This document shows positions 21,383 through 34,148 of a stretch of DNA of 64,000 nt, one piece after another. Source of the DNA: an uncultured delta proteobacterium (GTDB lineage: Bacteria; Myxococcota_A; Polyangia; Fen-1088); contig CAWCMR010000025.1 in NCBI GenBank assembly GCA_963796685.1, positions 1,824,001 to 1,888,000 of the forward strand, written 5' to 3'. The first letter of the stretch is position 1; every line of letters starts with the position of its first letter. A program made the translations under genes and the position numbers. The notes under the pieces are model-generated. The model saw only the letters and a program-made list of their open reading frames with translations. It did no database searches and was not told the DNA's origin.

Positions 21383-21538
21383 CCCGAGATCTTACTGCCG
21401 GTGTACGCAGTGGTCCACAAACGACGCGCGGGAGCGCTGACGGAGGCGGTCGCCGAAAAGCACAATTAGAGGATGTTGCCTGTCTCGAACAGCGTGTATT
21501 TTCGCTTGCAGTGGCTCGCGTAGAGCAAGGGAGCGGTC

Positions 21539-22924
21539 ATGACCAGACATCTTGGAGTCGTCGCAGCATTGGCAGTATTCTCCTGTACGGGGCTTGCCTG
21601 TTCGCAAGCCGGTAGCACGGGGGGGCATTCAGGCGGGGCGGGCGGTGGTGCGCAAAGTGGTGGCACCACGGGAAGTGGGGGTGGTGGCGGTAGTGGGGCT
21701 GGTGGAACGACCGGCGCGGGGCTCGGCGGGAGCGGGGGGGCATCCACTCTCACGGGTCAGGGGGGCAGCTCCGTCGGCGGGCAAGGTGGCGCATCGACTG
21801 GCGGCTCGGGAGGCTCCACGAGCCTGGGCAGCGGCGGCGCGGATGCCAGCGGCGGCGCGACTTCAGGCGGCGGCGGGGCCGGCGGAAAGAGCGCTACGGG
21901 CGCGGGCGGCGCGGGCTCCGGCGGGGCCACTGGTCCTGGCGGCAGCGGAACGGGTGGAAAGGGAGCTGGCGGCGTCGGAACCGGCGGCGCAGCGACGGGT
22001 GGCAGCGCGACGGGGGGCAGCGCGACGGGTGGCGCGGGCTCCGGCGGAGCCAGCGGAACCGGAGGCACGACCTCGACCGCGGTGCTTCCCACGACGGTCT
22101 CGAGCACCGGCAGGGATCGCCTCGCGTTCGGCGACGTGGTCTTCGAGGTAGATCCCAAGGTGGGCGCCAGAGTGGCGACTCTGTCCCTGAGCGGGACCAA
22201 CATGATCGCGACGATCTCCGGCACGGACAACACCACCTGGGGTGCCGTGTTCTGGACGAGCCCGCAAAGCGCCTGGGACTCCAACTGGCCCCCGCCCGCG
22301 GCGCTCGACAGCGATCCCTACACCGGCGGCATCTCCGGCAACCATGTGGTGCTCGACAGCGGGTCCTACGCCGCGCTGGGGGTCGGCGTGAGCAAGGACT
22401 TCTCTGCCGACTCCGGCTCGGGCTGGATCACCATCGTCTACACCATCAAGGCGACCAAGGCACTCCAGGCCGCCCCGTGGGAGAACTGCCGAGTCCCGCG
22501 CGGGGGTCTGGCCTTCTTCCCGGCTGGTTCGTCGCTGACCAAGGGCCCACTCACCATGACCGAGACCGCGGGCATGGATTGGTTCGACGACGCATCCAAG
22601 TCGGCGACGAGCGCGAGCGGCGAAAAGGCCATCGCGGACGGATCCGGCGGTTGGTTCGCCTACGCCCTCGGCGGAAATCTCTTTCTGCGAAAGTTCACCA
22701 ACACGCCGGCCAGCGCGCAGGCACCGGGCGAAGGGCAAGACGAGATCTACCCGGGCGCGGGCTTCCTCGAGCTGGAGGTGCAAGGCCCCTACACCTCGAT
22801 TCCGGCCGGCGGTAGCCTGTCGTGGACCGTGGCCTGGCGGATCGCCAAGATCCCAACCTCGGTGACGGTGTCGGCGGGCAGCACCACCTTGGCCGACTTT
22901 GCCAAACAACAAGCCGCTCTCTAG
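21539..22924 (+). CDS. Gly-rich linker lipoprotein with DUF4380-like domain
   Basis: Lipobox, about 150 aa Gly linker, GARV, FWTSPQS.W and ELEVQGPY. Confidence 0.7.
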   Translation: MTRHLGVVAALAVFSCTGLACSQAGSTGGHSGGAGGGAQSGGTTGSGGGGGSGAGGTTGAGLGGSGGASTLTGQGGSSVGGQGGASTGGSGGSTSLGSGGADASGGATSGGGGAGGKSATGAGGAGSGGATGPGGSGTGGKGAGGVGTGGAATGGSATGGSATGGAGSGGASGTGGTTSTAVLPTTVSSTGRDRLAFGDVVFEVDPKVGARVATLSLSGTNMIATISGTDNTTWGAVFWTSPQSAWDSNWPPPAALDSDPYTGGISGNHVVLDSGSYAALGVGVSKDFSADSGSGWITIVYTIKATKALQAAPWENCRVPRGGLAFFPAGSSLTKGPLTMTETAGMDWFDDASKSATSASGEKAIADGSGGWFAYALGGNLFLRKFTNTPASAQAPGEGQDEIYPGAGFLELEVQGPYTSIPAGGSLSWTVAWRIAKIPTSVTVSAGSTTLADFAKQQAAL

Positions 22925-23007
22925 GGCATCAAGCACCCTCCACGCGTTGGTTTGACTTGCGCGTGGTGTGACGAGAGTATGCTATCGTTGGTGCCTTCGG
23001 AATTGCC

Positions 23008-24372
23008 GTGTTTTTGAAGTCCATTCGAGTCGCGATTGTTGCCGCCCTTCTTGCTGGTCTTTCCCTCGCGGGATGCGGAACCTCGGGATCGGGCGGTTCC
23101 GGCGGCACGGGGGGTGGGGCAAGCGTGGGCGGAACGACGGGAACCGGCGGAGCATCGGGCGGTTCCGGCGGAGCTGGAGGATCGCCTGCGTCGAGCGCCG
23201 TCGTACAAACGGGTGGTGTGATGGGTACGGGCGGCAGCAGCACTGGAGGCGCCACGAGCGCGGGTGGGACCACGAGCACGGGCGGCACCACGAGCACGGG
23301 CGGAACCACGAGCACGGGTGGAACCGCGAGCACGGGCGGAACCATGGCCCAGGACGGATCGAAGGCAACGGGCGGCGCGACCTCCAGTGGTGGCGCGACG
23401 CCAACGGGCGGCTCGAACGTCGGCGGAGCAGGCGGCGTGGCTGGCAGCGGCGGTCAGGGCGGCGGCGGGGCAGGGGGAGGGCCGTGCCAGGCCGGAATCC
23501 AGTATCCAGCGCCGGATCTGACTGGCGCTCCGAAGATCGTCTACCAGCCAGCCACAGGCAGCGGCAGCGGAAACTACGAGGGGCCGGTCTGGCTCGCAGA
23601 TCGAGGCGTCTTGCTGATGTCGGACATGACCCTCAACAGCAGCGCCGCGATCGTGCCGGCCCAGATTCTGAAGCTCACCCCTCCGAGCACGGTTCAACCC
23701 TTGGTGACGGATTCCGGGACGAACGGGATGGCGGTCGATCTCGCGGGGAACGTGTTTGCGTGCTCGCACAAGGTGCAGGGAATCGTGAAAGTCGACGTTA
23801 CGGCCGCCACGCTCAGCGTGGTCGTCGACAACTACAACGGCAAGAAGTTCAATTCTCCCAACGACCTCACCGTGCGCTCGGATGGCAGCATCTACTTCAG
23901 CGATCCGGACTATCAGCTCGGCACGGGCCGCACGTCCGAAACCGGCGTGAAGGGGGTGTATCGCGTTTCTCCGTCCGCGCAGGTGTCCCTGGTGGACGAC
24001 ACCTTCAACGAGCCGAACGGGGTGGCGCTCTCACCCGATGAGAGCGTCCTCTACGTGGCCGACACCGTGAAGAACGCGATCCGCACCTTCAGCGTGGCCT
24101 CCGACGGTAGCACGAGCAATCGCAAGGACTTCGTCACGGTCACCTCCCCCGACGGCATGGCCGTGGATTGCGCCGGGAACCTCTACGTGGCCTCCAACAG
24201 CCCCGGAATCGTCCAGGTGTATGCTCCAAACGGGACGAAGCTCGGCAGCATCACCGTCGTGACCAGCCTGACGAATCTCGCCTTCGGCGGCGCGGATCAC
24301 AAGACTCTCTACATCACGGCCGGCAAGGCTCTGTACAGCCTGCCCATGAACTTGCCCGGCTATCCCTACTGA
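23008..24372 (+). CDS. SMP-30/gluconolactonase family lipoprotein
   Basis: LAGC lipobox, Gly linker, EGPVW, NSPND, PNG.ALSPD and PDGM. Confidence 0.88.
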   Translation: MFLKSIRVAIVAALLAGLSLAGCGTSGSGGSGGTGGGASVGGTTGTGGASGGSGGAGGSPASSAVVQTGGVMGTGGSSTGGATSAGGTTSTGGTTSTGGTTSTGGTASTGGTMAQDGSKATGGATSSGGATPTGGSNVGGAGGVAGSGGQGGGGAGGGPCQAGIQYPAPDLTGAPKIVYQPATGSGSGNYEGPVWLADRGVLLMSDMTLNSSAAIVPAQILKLTPPSTVQPLVTDSGTNGMAVDLAGNVFACSHKVQGIVKVDVTAATLSVVVDNYNGKKFNSPNDLTVRSDGSIYFSDPDYQLGTGRTSETGVKGVYRVSPSAQVSLVDDTFNEPNGVALSPDESVLYVADTVKNAIRTFSVASDGSTSNRKDFVTVTSPDGMAVDCAGNLYVASNSPGIVQVYAPNGTKLGSITVVTSLTNLAFGGADHKTLYITAGKALYSLPMNLPGYPY

Positions 24373-24655
24373 TTGAGGCGAGCAGGCCCCCTGGTGGCCG
24401 CAGCTCCATTGCAGGCGACCCCACAATCCCGCAATAGCCGCAGAAGGTCGTGGCCGTGGCCGAGCAACTCTTCCGCTGTGATGGCCCAGGTTTTTGCCGC
24501 ATGGGTTTGCGACCGGCGCCTTCCGTGACAAAAATGGTAAATCAGGGTTGGTTCCATTCTTTGGTCCGCGAGCGAGCTTCGGCCTGGGGTAAATTCGTCG
24601 TCATGAATCGGAGGCGTACGGCCCAAGGTCCCGCACCCCTGGACGGCAATCGACG

Positions 24656-25543
24656 GTGACCGTTCTCCTCCTCATCTTGCGCGCCTCCGCAAGCATGACA
24701 GGTCGTCTGGCTCCGTATGTGGTGCTGGGTGTGCTGCTCAGCGAAGCGTTGCGCTACACACCCGCTGCCTCGCTCTTGGGCAGAATCTGCCGGCAGCGAC
24801 CGGCCGTGGCCGTGCCACTGTCGGCGCTCTTGGGAATGGCGTCTCCCCTGTGTACCTACGGCACGGTGCCGCTGGTGCTGCACCTGCTGCGCTCTGGCGT
24901 GCCGCTGGCCCCGTTGGCCACGTTTCTTTCCGCCTCGTCGCTCATGAATCCACAGCTTTTTCTCATCACCTGGGGAGGGTTGGGGCCGAAGATGGCCATC
25001 GCGCGGGTGGTGGCGGTGCTCGGCTTCGGGCTCTTGCTCGGAGGGGTGTTGCACATCTTGCCGCCGCGCCTGAGCGTTCAGCCGCTGTTGCGCCAGGACC
25101 ACGAGAAGCACGGGAAACACGGCAGGCACGGCCACCCCTTCAATCTGAAGAAGTTCGCAAGGGACAGTTTCAGGACGCTCGAGTTCGTCGGTTTCTACGT
25201 GCTGCTCGGAGTGCTGATTGGAGCGGCCGTTGAAGTGCTGGTTCCGGCACGATGGATCCTCCTCATCTCCGGCACCGGGGGGTGGGTGCAGATCCTCGTG
25301 GCTGCCCTGTTCGGCCTACCGCTTTACGCGTGTGGCGGCGGCACCATACCCGTCGTGGAGGCGCTGCTGGGGCAGGGCATGGCCCAAGGCGCGGCGCTGG
25401 CTTTCCTGATTGCAGGTCCAGCCACGCGCATCCCGCCCCTGATGGCCTTGGCCACGATCGTTCGGCCGGTGTTGATCGTCGCGTATGTGGTCGTGCTGCT
25501 GGCGTATTCCGTCGCTGCCGGATTGCTCTATGGTGTGATCTAA
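24656..25543 (+). CDS. Permease (DUF318/ArsP_1 family)
   Basis: SPLCTYG.VP, P.YACGG..IP and AFLIAGP. Confidence 0.8.
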   Translation: MTVLLLILRASASMTGRLAPYVVLGVLLSEALRYTPAASLLGRICRQRPAVAVPLSALLGMASPLCTYGTVPLVLHLLRSGVPLAPLATFLSASSLMNPQLFLITWGGLGPKMAIARVVAVLGFGLLLGGVLHILPPRLSVQPLLRQDHEKHGKHGRHGHPFNLKKFARDSFRTLEFVGFYVLLGVLIGAAVEVLVPARWILLISGTGGWVQILVAALFGLPLYACGGGTIPVVEALLGQGMAQGAALAFLIAGPATRIPPLMALATIVRPVLIVAYVVVLLAYSVAAGLLYGVI

Positions 25544-25705
25544 CCCGGTTGGCCGCGTGCGTTCGACCGGCCGCATTCGCCGCGCGAGGACATTCGCAGG
25601 GCACGTTGCCTGCCTCCTCGCCGACGACCGTGCTAAGAGTCTCCTCCTCATCATCATGGCAGTCACGAAGCGCAACGCACATCGCTCGCCACGCGAGGTT
25701 CGGCC

Positions 25706-27367
25706 ATGACCTTGACCCTGTGGGCGGCTGCCGTGGTTGCGCTGCTGGGCGTGCTGATCTTGGCCCACGAGCTCGGTCACTTCCTGGTGGCCAAGCTCTT
25801 CGGGGTCAAGGTTCTGCGCTTCTCGTTCGGCTTCGGGCCACGATTGTTCGGCTTCACCGCCGGCTCGACGGAGTATCGCCTGTCGCTCTTTCCTCTCGGC
25901 GGTTATCTGCGCCTGCTCGGCGAGGATCCCAGCGAAGCGGTTCCCGAGCACGACTACGAACGGGCGCTGTTCGCCCGGCCGCTGTGGCAGCGCTATGCCA
26001 TCGTGGTGGCGGGTCCGATCTTCAACCTCCTCTTGCCGGTGGGGATCTACTTCGTCCACTACGTTGGCCAAAAGACGCTGCTCTCGCCGACCATCGGCAC
26101 GGTGATTGCCGGTCTGCCCGCGGACAAGGCGGGGCTTCTGCCCGGCGATCGCGTCGAAACGGTGGGCGGCACCTACGTCCGCTACTGGGAAGAGCTGGAA
26201 GAGATCATCGCCGATTCGCCGGGCAAGACCATGCGCTTCGGCATCCGGCGCGGCAACACCTCCGAAGAGCGCGACGTCACCATCGCGACCGACGTGCGCA
26301 AAGGGCCGCTCAATCTCAACGAAACCGTCGGGTGGATTGGTGTCTCGCCGCGCTTCCAGTTGCCCGAGGTCGGCATCATCGATCTGACCTCGCCGGCGGC
26401 GCAGGCCGGTCTGCGAACCTTCGACTACATCGTCTCGGTCAACGGCTCGCCGGTGGCCCATTGGGCCGAATTCGAGCGCGCGGTGGCCCGCGCCGGTGCA
26501 TCCCCGTTGCGTATCACCTATCTGCGCGGCAGCCATTCCGCTGTGCCCTTCGTCCACGTGGAGATTCAAGAGCCGGGCGCCGCGGTGGTCATTCCGCAGG
26601 CCGTGCTGGCACCGACCGGCACGCGACGCTACGAAACCGGCATCCAATCGTCCGAGCTCTTCGTCTATTCGGTCGAGCCCGGCAGCCCCGCGGATCGCAT
26701 CGGGCTGCGCCGCGGGGATCAGCTTCTCGAGCTCGACGGCCAGCCCATCTTGCACTGGAACCTTCTGCGCCAGCGTCTGGCCGCCGAGCCCGAGCGCACC
26801 TTCCGAATCTCGTGGGCCTCGCCGGGTGGGGTTCGTCGCGAAGCCTCATTCAAGCAAGAGCTGCGCTCCGAGCTTGATGCCTACCGCCAGGAAGAGCAAC
26901 GCCTGGTCTTCGGCGCTACGAACCGCTTCGCCTGGAAGACGGCGGATCAGGTACCGGTGCACAATCGCTTCTTCTATGCGCTCGGGCATGCCCTGACGCG
27001 CACCGGGGAAATCGTGACCTTCACGGCGCAGGGATTCTTCCAGATCATTCGCGGCGAGATGTCGCCGCAATCGTTGGGCGGGCCTCTCACCATCGGTTAC
27101 GCCGCGGGCATTGCCGCCGAGCAGGGCCTGGCGCAATACCTGTGGCTCATGGCCTTGCTCAGCATCAACATCGGTCTGCTCAACTTCCTTCCTATCCCCA
27201 TTCTCGACGGTGGCTTGCTCCTCTTCTTCACCATCGAGCTGTTCAAGCGCCGGCCGCCTTCGGCGCGGGCGCGCTCCATCACGACGTACATCGGCGTCGT
27301 GGTCGTGGTCCTGCTGGTGGCCTTCGCACTCAAGAACGATGTCGTCCGATTCTTCCTGCCGCGATGA
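25706..27367 (+). CDS. rseP: RIP metalloprotease RseP with several PDZ domains
   Basis: HELGH, PLGGY, AGP..N and NFLPIPILDGG. Confidence 0.9.
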   Translation: MTLTLWAAAVVALLGVLILAHELGHFLVAKLFGVKVLRFSFGFGPRLFGFTAGSTEYRLSLFPLGGYLRLLGEDPSEAVPEHDYERALFARPLWQRYAIVVAGPIFNLLLPVGIYFVHYVGQKTLLSPTIGTVIAGLPADKAGLLPGDRVETVGGTYVRYWEELEEIIADSPGKTMRFGIRRGNTSEERDVTIATDVRKGPLNLNETVGWIGVSPRFQLPEVGIIDLTSPAAQAGLRTFDYIVSVNGSPVAHWAEFERAVARAGASPLRITYLRGSHSAVPFVHVEIQEPGAAVVIPQAVLAPTGTRRYETGIQSSELFVYSVEPGSPADRIGLRRGDQLLELDGQPILHWNLLRQRLAAEPERTFRISWASPGGVRREASFKQELRSELDAYRQEEQRLVFGATNRFAWKTADQVPVHNRFFYALGHALTRTGEIVTFTAQGFFQIIRGEMSPQSLGGPLTIGYAAGIAAEQGLAQYLWLMALLSINIGLLNFLPIPILDGGLLLFFTIELFKRRPPSARARSITTYIGVVVVVLLVAFALKNDVVRFFLPR

Positions 27368-28101
27368 TGGACTCCGCCTCACGTCCCCTGCTCGCCTTCG
27401 ACACCGCGACGCCCACGGCACGCGTCGCGCTCATCTCGCCCTCCGGCGAGGGCCTCGCATTGCGCGAGAAGATGGCCGCGCGCCACTCCGCCAACCTGCT
27501 CGCCCTGTGCGACGAGATCCTGCGCGAGGCCGCGCTCGGCGTCGGCGATCTTGCCGCCATCGCATGCGGCGCCGGGCCGGGCAGCTTCACCGGATTGCGC
27601 GTGGGGCTGGCCGTCGCCAAAGGCCTGGCCCTTCCCTCGGCGCTGCCGCTTGTCTTGCTGTCGTCTCTCGACGCGCTGGCGTGCGATCTCGGCGCTGCCT
27701 CGCCGAGCGCGCACCTTCTGCTCCCCTGCATCGACGCTGGTAAGGGTCAGGTCTATGCCCGCATGTATGACGTGACGGACGACACCGTCCCGCGTGCCCA
27801 GGGAGAGGTCGATTGGGTGCTCGCACCGGAGGCGCTCTGCGCCCTGGTGGCCGAGCACGCCGCCGGGGGCTCACTCGTCGCCGGGGGAACCGGCGTGGAT
27901 CGCTACGTCGAGGTGTTCCGAGCCTCGCTGGGCGAACGCGCCCTGGCCGCTGCCGTGCCTGGTCCAAGCGCGGCAGCCATCGGGCGCCTGGCCCTGGCGC
28001 GCATCGGCCGCGGCGATTTCGACGATTTGGAGACGGCGGTGCCGCGCTACGGGCGTCCGCCTGACATCACCCGGCCGAAAAAGCCCCTGCTTGTGCCTTA
28101 G
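27364..28101 (+). CDS. tsaB: tRNA threonylcarbamoyladenosine biosynthesis protein
   Basis: LAFDTAT and GPGSFTGLRVG. Confidence 0.92.
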   Translation: MMDSASRPLLAFDTATPTARVALISPSGEGLALREKMAARHSANLLALCDEILREAALGVGDLAAIACGAGPGSFTGLRVGLAVAKGLALPSALPLVLLSSLDALACDLGAASPSAHLLLPCIDAGKGQVYARMYDVTDDTVPRAQGEVDWVLAPEALCALVAEHAAGGSLVAGGTGVDRYVEVFRASLGERALAAAVPGPSAAAIGRLALARIGRGDFDDLETAVPRYGRPPDITRPKKPLLVP

Positions 28102-28296
28102 GTCCTGAACAAGGCCGTGGCCACGGTGACGTGTACGGCCACGACCACCTTTCGTCGCCCTGCCAGACGAGAGGCTTAGCCTTGGAATGGGGCCTTTAGC
28201 CCGGCGCCTCGCGACGTCGCTGAGCTTGTTGCGGGATTACGGATCGCGCGGCCGGGTTGACTCCTCCGCACGGGACGCATACGATCCATCGTCTCG

Positions 28297-28470
28297 ATGA
28301 CCGAAATCGATGCGTTGAAGCAGCGTCATAGGGAGCTGGAGGAAGCGCTTGCTCTGATCGATGCGCACCTTTCGCTGACCACCAAGGAACAGGCCGAACG
28401 TGTCAAGCTCAAGAAAGAAAAGCTTGCCATCAAGGATCGACTTCAGATTCTGCAAGCGAAGTCCTCTTGA
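28297..28470 (+). CDS. YdcH/DUF465 family small protein (57 aa, absent from the ORF track)
   Basis: MTEIDALKQRHRELEE...LKKEKLAIKDRL. Confidence 0.8.
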   Translation: MTEIDALKQRHRELEEALALIDAHLSLTTKEQAERVKLKKEKLAIKDRLQILQAKSS

Positions 28471-28580
28471 TGTGGGTCCACGTCGGTTTCTCCATGCGCC
28501 AGCGACGCAGCTCACAATGTCTTGCACGTCTGGCGCGCCGAGTTCCCACCAACCGGTCAGGGAGTGTTACTAACTCTGTC

Positions 28581-30712
<2,132 letters not shown>

Positions 30713-30714
30713 CC

Positions 30715-30720
30715 TTGACT
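30715..30720 (+). promoter_or_regulatory. -35 box of the circle-junction promoter
   Basis: TTGACT; circularisation places it 17 bp from TATCTT (29485-90). Confidence 0.75.
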
Positions 30721-30943
30721 AGGAACACAGATGCTCACCCGCCTCGCTGCGCTCGGCGACCTCTCCCCGCTACGCGGGGCGAGGTGTTTTCAGGTCAGGG
30801 TTTCCATGTCAACCGTCTGAAAAGATCGAGATCTCGGTTGAATTGGCACGTGTGCAGGACTACTCTGCCCTCGTCCGTGCCGTCGCATTCGTGAAAGAAA
30901 GAACAGCCGGATTCACGCGGAGATCTCCCCAGGAGTTGGCACC

Positions 30944-31951
30944 ATGAGCACGTTCATCGAGCAGATCCACGAGAAGGCGAAACAGAGCCCCAAGAAAGTG
31001 GTTCTCCAAGAGGGCGAAGACGTTCGCGTGATCGAGGCGGCGGGCAAGGCCACCAAGCTTGGCATCGCCGAAATGACCATCCTTGGCGACCCGGCGAAGA
31101 TCAAGGCGACCGCGGCGGGGGCCTCGGTTTCGCTCGACAAGGTGAACGTGGTCGACATGACCCAGGCACCGAACCTCGACGACTACGCTGCAACATACTT
31201 CGAGTTGCGCAAGGCCAAGGGCATGACCGAGCCCGAGGCGATGAAGACCATGAAAGACCCCTTGTTCTACGGCGCCATGATGGTGCGCAAGGGAGTCGTC
31301 GACAGCTTCGTCGGCGGTGCGACCTACACCACGGCCGACGTCTGCCGGGCGAGTATTCAGATTGTCGGCATGCAGCCCGGGCTCAAGACCCTGTCCAGCT
31401 TCTTCGCCATGATCCTTCCCGACAAGTCGTTCGGCAAAGACGGCGTTCTCTTCTACGGCGACGGCGGCGTGGTCATCGATCCCACGGTCGATCAGTTGGC
31501 GGACATCGCCATCGCGACGGCCGACAGCTTCGCCAGCTTGGTGGGTGAAGCCCCCCGCGTGGCCATGCTCTCGTGCTCGACCAAGGGCAGCGCCAAGCAC
31601 CCGCGCGTGGACAAGGTCCTCGCCGCCATGGCCCAGGCGCAAAAGCGCCGCCCCGATCTCGTCATCGACGGCGAGCTCCAGGGCGATGCTGCCCTGATTC
31701 CCTCGGTGGGCGAGCGCAAGGCCAAGGGCTCGCCGGTTGCTGGCAAGGCCAACGTGCTCATCTTCCCGGACCTGGACTCCGGCAACATCGGCTACAAGCT
31801 GACCGAACGGCTGGCCAAGGCCCAGGCCCTGGGTCCGGTTCTGCAAGGCATGGCCAAGCCGTCGTCGGATCTGTCGCGCGGCTGCAACGCAACCGACATC
31901 CTCAACGTCATCGCCATCAACGTGGTTCGCCTGCAATTCGCGCAGAAGTAG
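30944..31951 (+). CDS. pta: Phosphate acetyltransferase
   Basis: AMLS.STKGS, IDGELQ.DAAL and FPDLDSGNIGYKL. Confidence 0.96.
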   Translation: MSTFIEQIHEKAKQSPKKVVLQEGEDVRVIEAAGKATKLGIAEMTILGDPAKIKATAAGASVSLDKVNVVDMTQAPNLDDYAATYFELRKAKGMTEPEAMKTMKDPLFYGAMMVRKGVVDSFVGGATYTTADVCRASIQIVGMQPGLKTLSSFFAMILPDKSFGKDGVLFYGDGGVVIDPTVDQLADIAIATADSFASLVGEAPRVAMLSCSTKGSAKHPRVDKVLAAMAQAQKRRPDLVIDGELQGDAALIPSVGERKAKGSPVAGKANVLIFPDLDSGNIGYKLTERLAKAQALGPVLQGMAKPSSDLSRGCNATDILNVIAINVVRLQFAQK

Positions 31952-31967
31952 TCCGGAGGCGCGAACC

Positions 31968-33191
31968 ATGCGGATCCTGGTTGTCAATTGCGGTAGCTCG
32001 TCGCTCAAGTTCAAGCTCTACAACCTGACTTCGGCAGACGCCGGTCACTTGCTCGCCGAAGGCGTGGTCGAGGAGATCGGGCGCGAGAAATCCAAGTTCA
32101 CGTACAAGACCCACAAGTCGCCCAGTAAGGTCGTTCTGGAGGTGGTGGCCAAGGATCACACGCAGGCCGTGGCGGCGATGAAGGATGCGCTGCTGCACCC
32201 GGAATATGGTCTGTTCAAGGACAAGATCCAGGTCGACGCCGTCGGCCACCGCGTGGTCCACGGCGGCGAGAAATTCTCGGCCTCGGCCCTGGTCACGCCC
32301 GGCGTGCGCGCCGCCATCGAAGAGTGCATCGCCATCGCGCCCTTGCACAACCCCCCGAACCTGGCCGGCATCTCGGCCTGCGAAACCATTTTTCCCGGCT
32401 TGCCGCAGGTCGCGGTGTTCGACACGGCTTTTCATCAGTCCATGCCGCCACACGTATTTCTCTACGGCTTGCCCTACGAGCAATACGACAAGTTTCACAT
32501 CCGCAAGTACGGCTTCCACGGCACCTCGCACGAGTACGTCGCGCGTCGCTGCGCCGACCTGATGAAGAAGGACTTCGACAAGCTCCGCCTCATCACGTGC
32601 CACATGGGCAACGGCTCCAGCATCACCGCGGTCAAGTACGGCAAGTCGTTCGACACCTCGATGGGGCTGACGCCGCTCGAAGGCGTGGTCATGGGCACGC
32701 GCACAGGCGACATGGATCCCGCGGTGGTGCTCCACATCATGGAGAAGCAGAAGCTGTCGCCGCTGGAGATGAACGCGCTGCTCAACAGCAAGAGCGGAGT
32801 GAAGGGCATCTCCGGCATCAGCAACGACATGCGGCAAATCATGGAGAAGGCCGACGAGGGCAACTACCGCGCGCAGCTCGCCCTCGATATTTTTGCCTAT
32901 CGCATCGTGAAGTACATCGGCTCGTACGTGGCGGCCATGGGCGGCGCTGACGCCATCATCTTCACCGGCGGTATCGGCGAGAACTCCGTGGCCGTGCGCG
33001 CGAAGATCTTGGAACCGCTGGCCTTTCTCGGCGCAGAGCTCGATCCCGTGCGCAACGGATCGGACGCCAAGGAAAAGCTCATCACCAAGGACGGCTCGCG
33101 CATCGCGACCTGGGTCGTGCCCACCAACGAAGAGCTCATGATCGCCCAGAAGACGAAAACCATCGTCGAAGAGCAAGTCGGCGCTGGATAA
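31968..33191 (+). CDS. ackA: Acetate kinase
   Basis: NCGSSSLK, GHRVVHGG, YGFHGTSH and PTNEEL. Confidence 0.97.
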   Translation: MRILVVNCGSSSLKFKLYNLTSADAGHLLAEGVVEEIGREKSKFTYKTHKSPSKVVLEVVAKDHTQAVAAMKDALLHPEYGLFKDKIQVDAVGHRVVHGGEKFSASALVTPGVRAAIEECIAIAPLHNPPNLAGISACETIFPGLPQVAVFDTAFHQSMPPHVFLYGLPYEQYDKFHIRKYGFHGTSHEYVARRCADLMKKDFDKLRLITCHMGNGSSITAVKYGKSFDTSMGLTPLEGVVMGTRTGDMDPAVVLHIMEKQKLSPLEMNALLNSKSGVKGISGISNDMRQIMEKADEGNYRAQLALDIFAYRIVKYIGSYVAAMGGADAIIFTGGIGENSVAVRAKILEPLAFLGAELDPVRNGSDAKEKLITKDGSRIATWVVPTNEELMIAQKTKTIVEEQVGAG

Positions 33192-33256
33192 TCCGCGGTC
33201 CCCGGCGTAAATCTAGGCCCCGCCGGCAGCGATGGCGGCCTGAAAGGATTGCAGCC

Positions 33257-33997
33257 GTGGAACAGAAAGACATCGAGCAGACCCTGGTACTCATCAAGCC
33301 CGACGCCCTCAAGAACTCCTTGACCGGGTACGTGCTGTCGCAGCTTTCCGAGTTCCACACCGGCCTGCGTTTCGCGGCCACCAAGATCGTCCACGTCAGC
33401 GCCATGCTGGCGGGCGAGCACTACGCCGAGCATCGCGGAAAGTTCTTCTTCCCCTCCTTGCTCGACTACATCCAAGGCCGCCTGCACTATGCCAAGGAGC
33501 CGTGGAGGCGTCGGGTGATCGCCATCGTGTACCAGGGGCCCAAGGCGGTGACCCGTGTGCGCGAGCTGTGCGGTCCGACCAATCCACACAAGGCGCGGGA
33601 CGAGCGGCCGGGCTGCATTCGCTCTCTCGGCACGGTCGAGATTCTCAAGGACGCCGAGGGCAAGGTCCTGGGCGAGCGCATGGACAACCTCATCCACGCC
33701 TCGGCCAACCCTGCGGACGCCGAGCGCGAGATCAAGCTGTGGTTCAAGCCGGGCGACATCCCACCCGCCATGCACCCCTACCCGACCGAGTCGAGCAAGG
33801 CGCACTACTACTTCAAGGACGGCAAGCTCTTCGACACCTACGACACCGGCCGCGTGTGCGTGCTGGCGACCGGCGATCTGGGCTGGAAGTCGGACCTCGA
33901 GGCGCTCGGCCATCTCTTGCGCGGCGAGCCCTCGGCGGTTCCGGTGGAATCGGTGGTGGCCAAGTACCTCATCAACGAGCACCAGGAAGCCGAGTAG
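33257..33997 (+). CDS. ndk: Nucleoside-diphosphate kinase with C-terminal extension
   Basis: TLVLIKPDA, EHYAEH, GPTNP and NLIHAS. Confidence 0.85.
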   Translation: MEQKDIEQTLVLIKPDALKNSLTGYVLSQLSEFHTGLRFAATKIVHVSAMLAGEHYAEHRGKFFFPSLLDYIQGRLHYAKEPWRRRVIAIVYQGPKAVTRVRELCGPTNPHKARDERPGCIRSLGTVEILKDAEGKVLGERMDNLIHASANPADAEREIKLWFKPGDIPPAMHPYPTESSKAHYYFKDGKLFDTYDTGRVCVLATGDLGWKSDLEALGHLLRGEPSAVPVESVVAKYLINEHQEAE

Positions 33998-34023
33998 GGC
34001 GGCCCACCGGGATGCCCGGATTC

Positions 34024-34148
34024 TTCACCACAGAGAGCACAGAGAGCACAGAGAGCGCAGAGGGTGCGGAGGCAGAAAGGGTTCGGAGCCCAGATCCGGA
34101 AACCATTTCTGCTCCGGCCTCTGTGTCCTCTGCGCTCTCTGTGGTGAA
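34024..34148. repeat. CACAGAG-type palindromic repeat
   Basis: TTCACCACAGAGAGCACAGAG... with inverted arm ...CTCTGCGCTCTCTGTGGTGAA. Confidence 0.75.
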
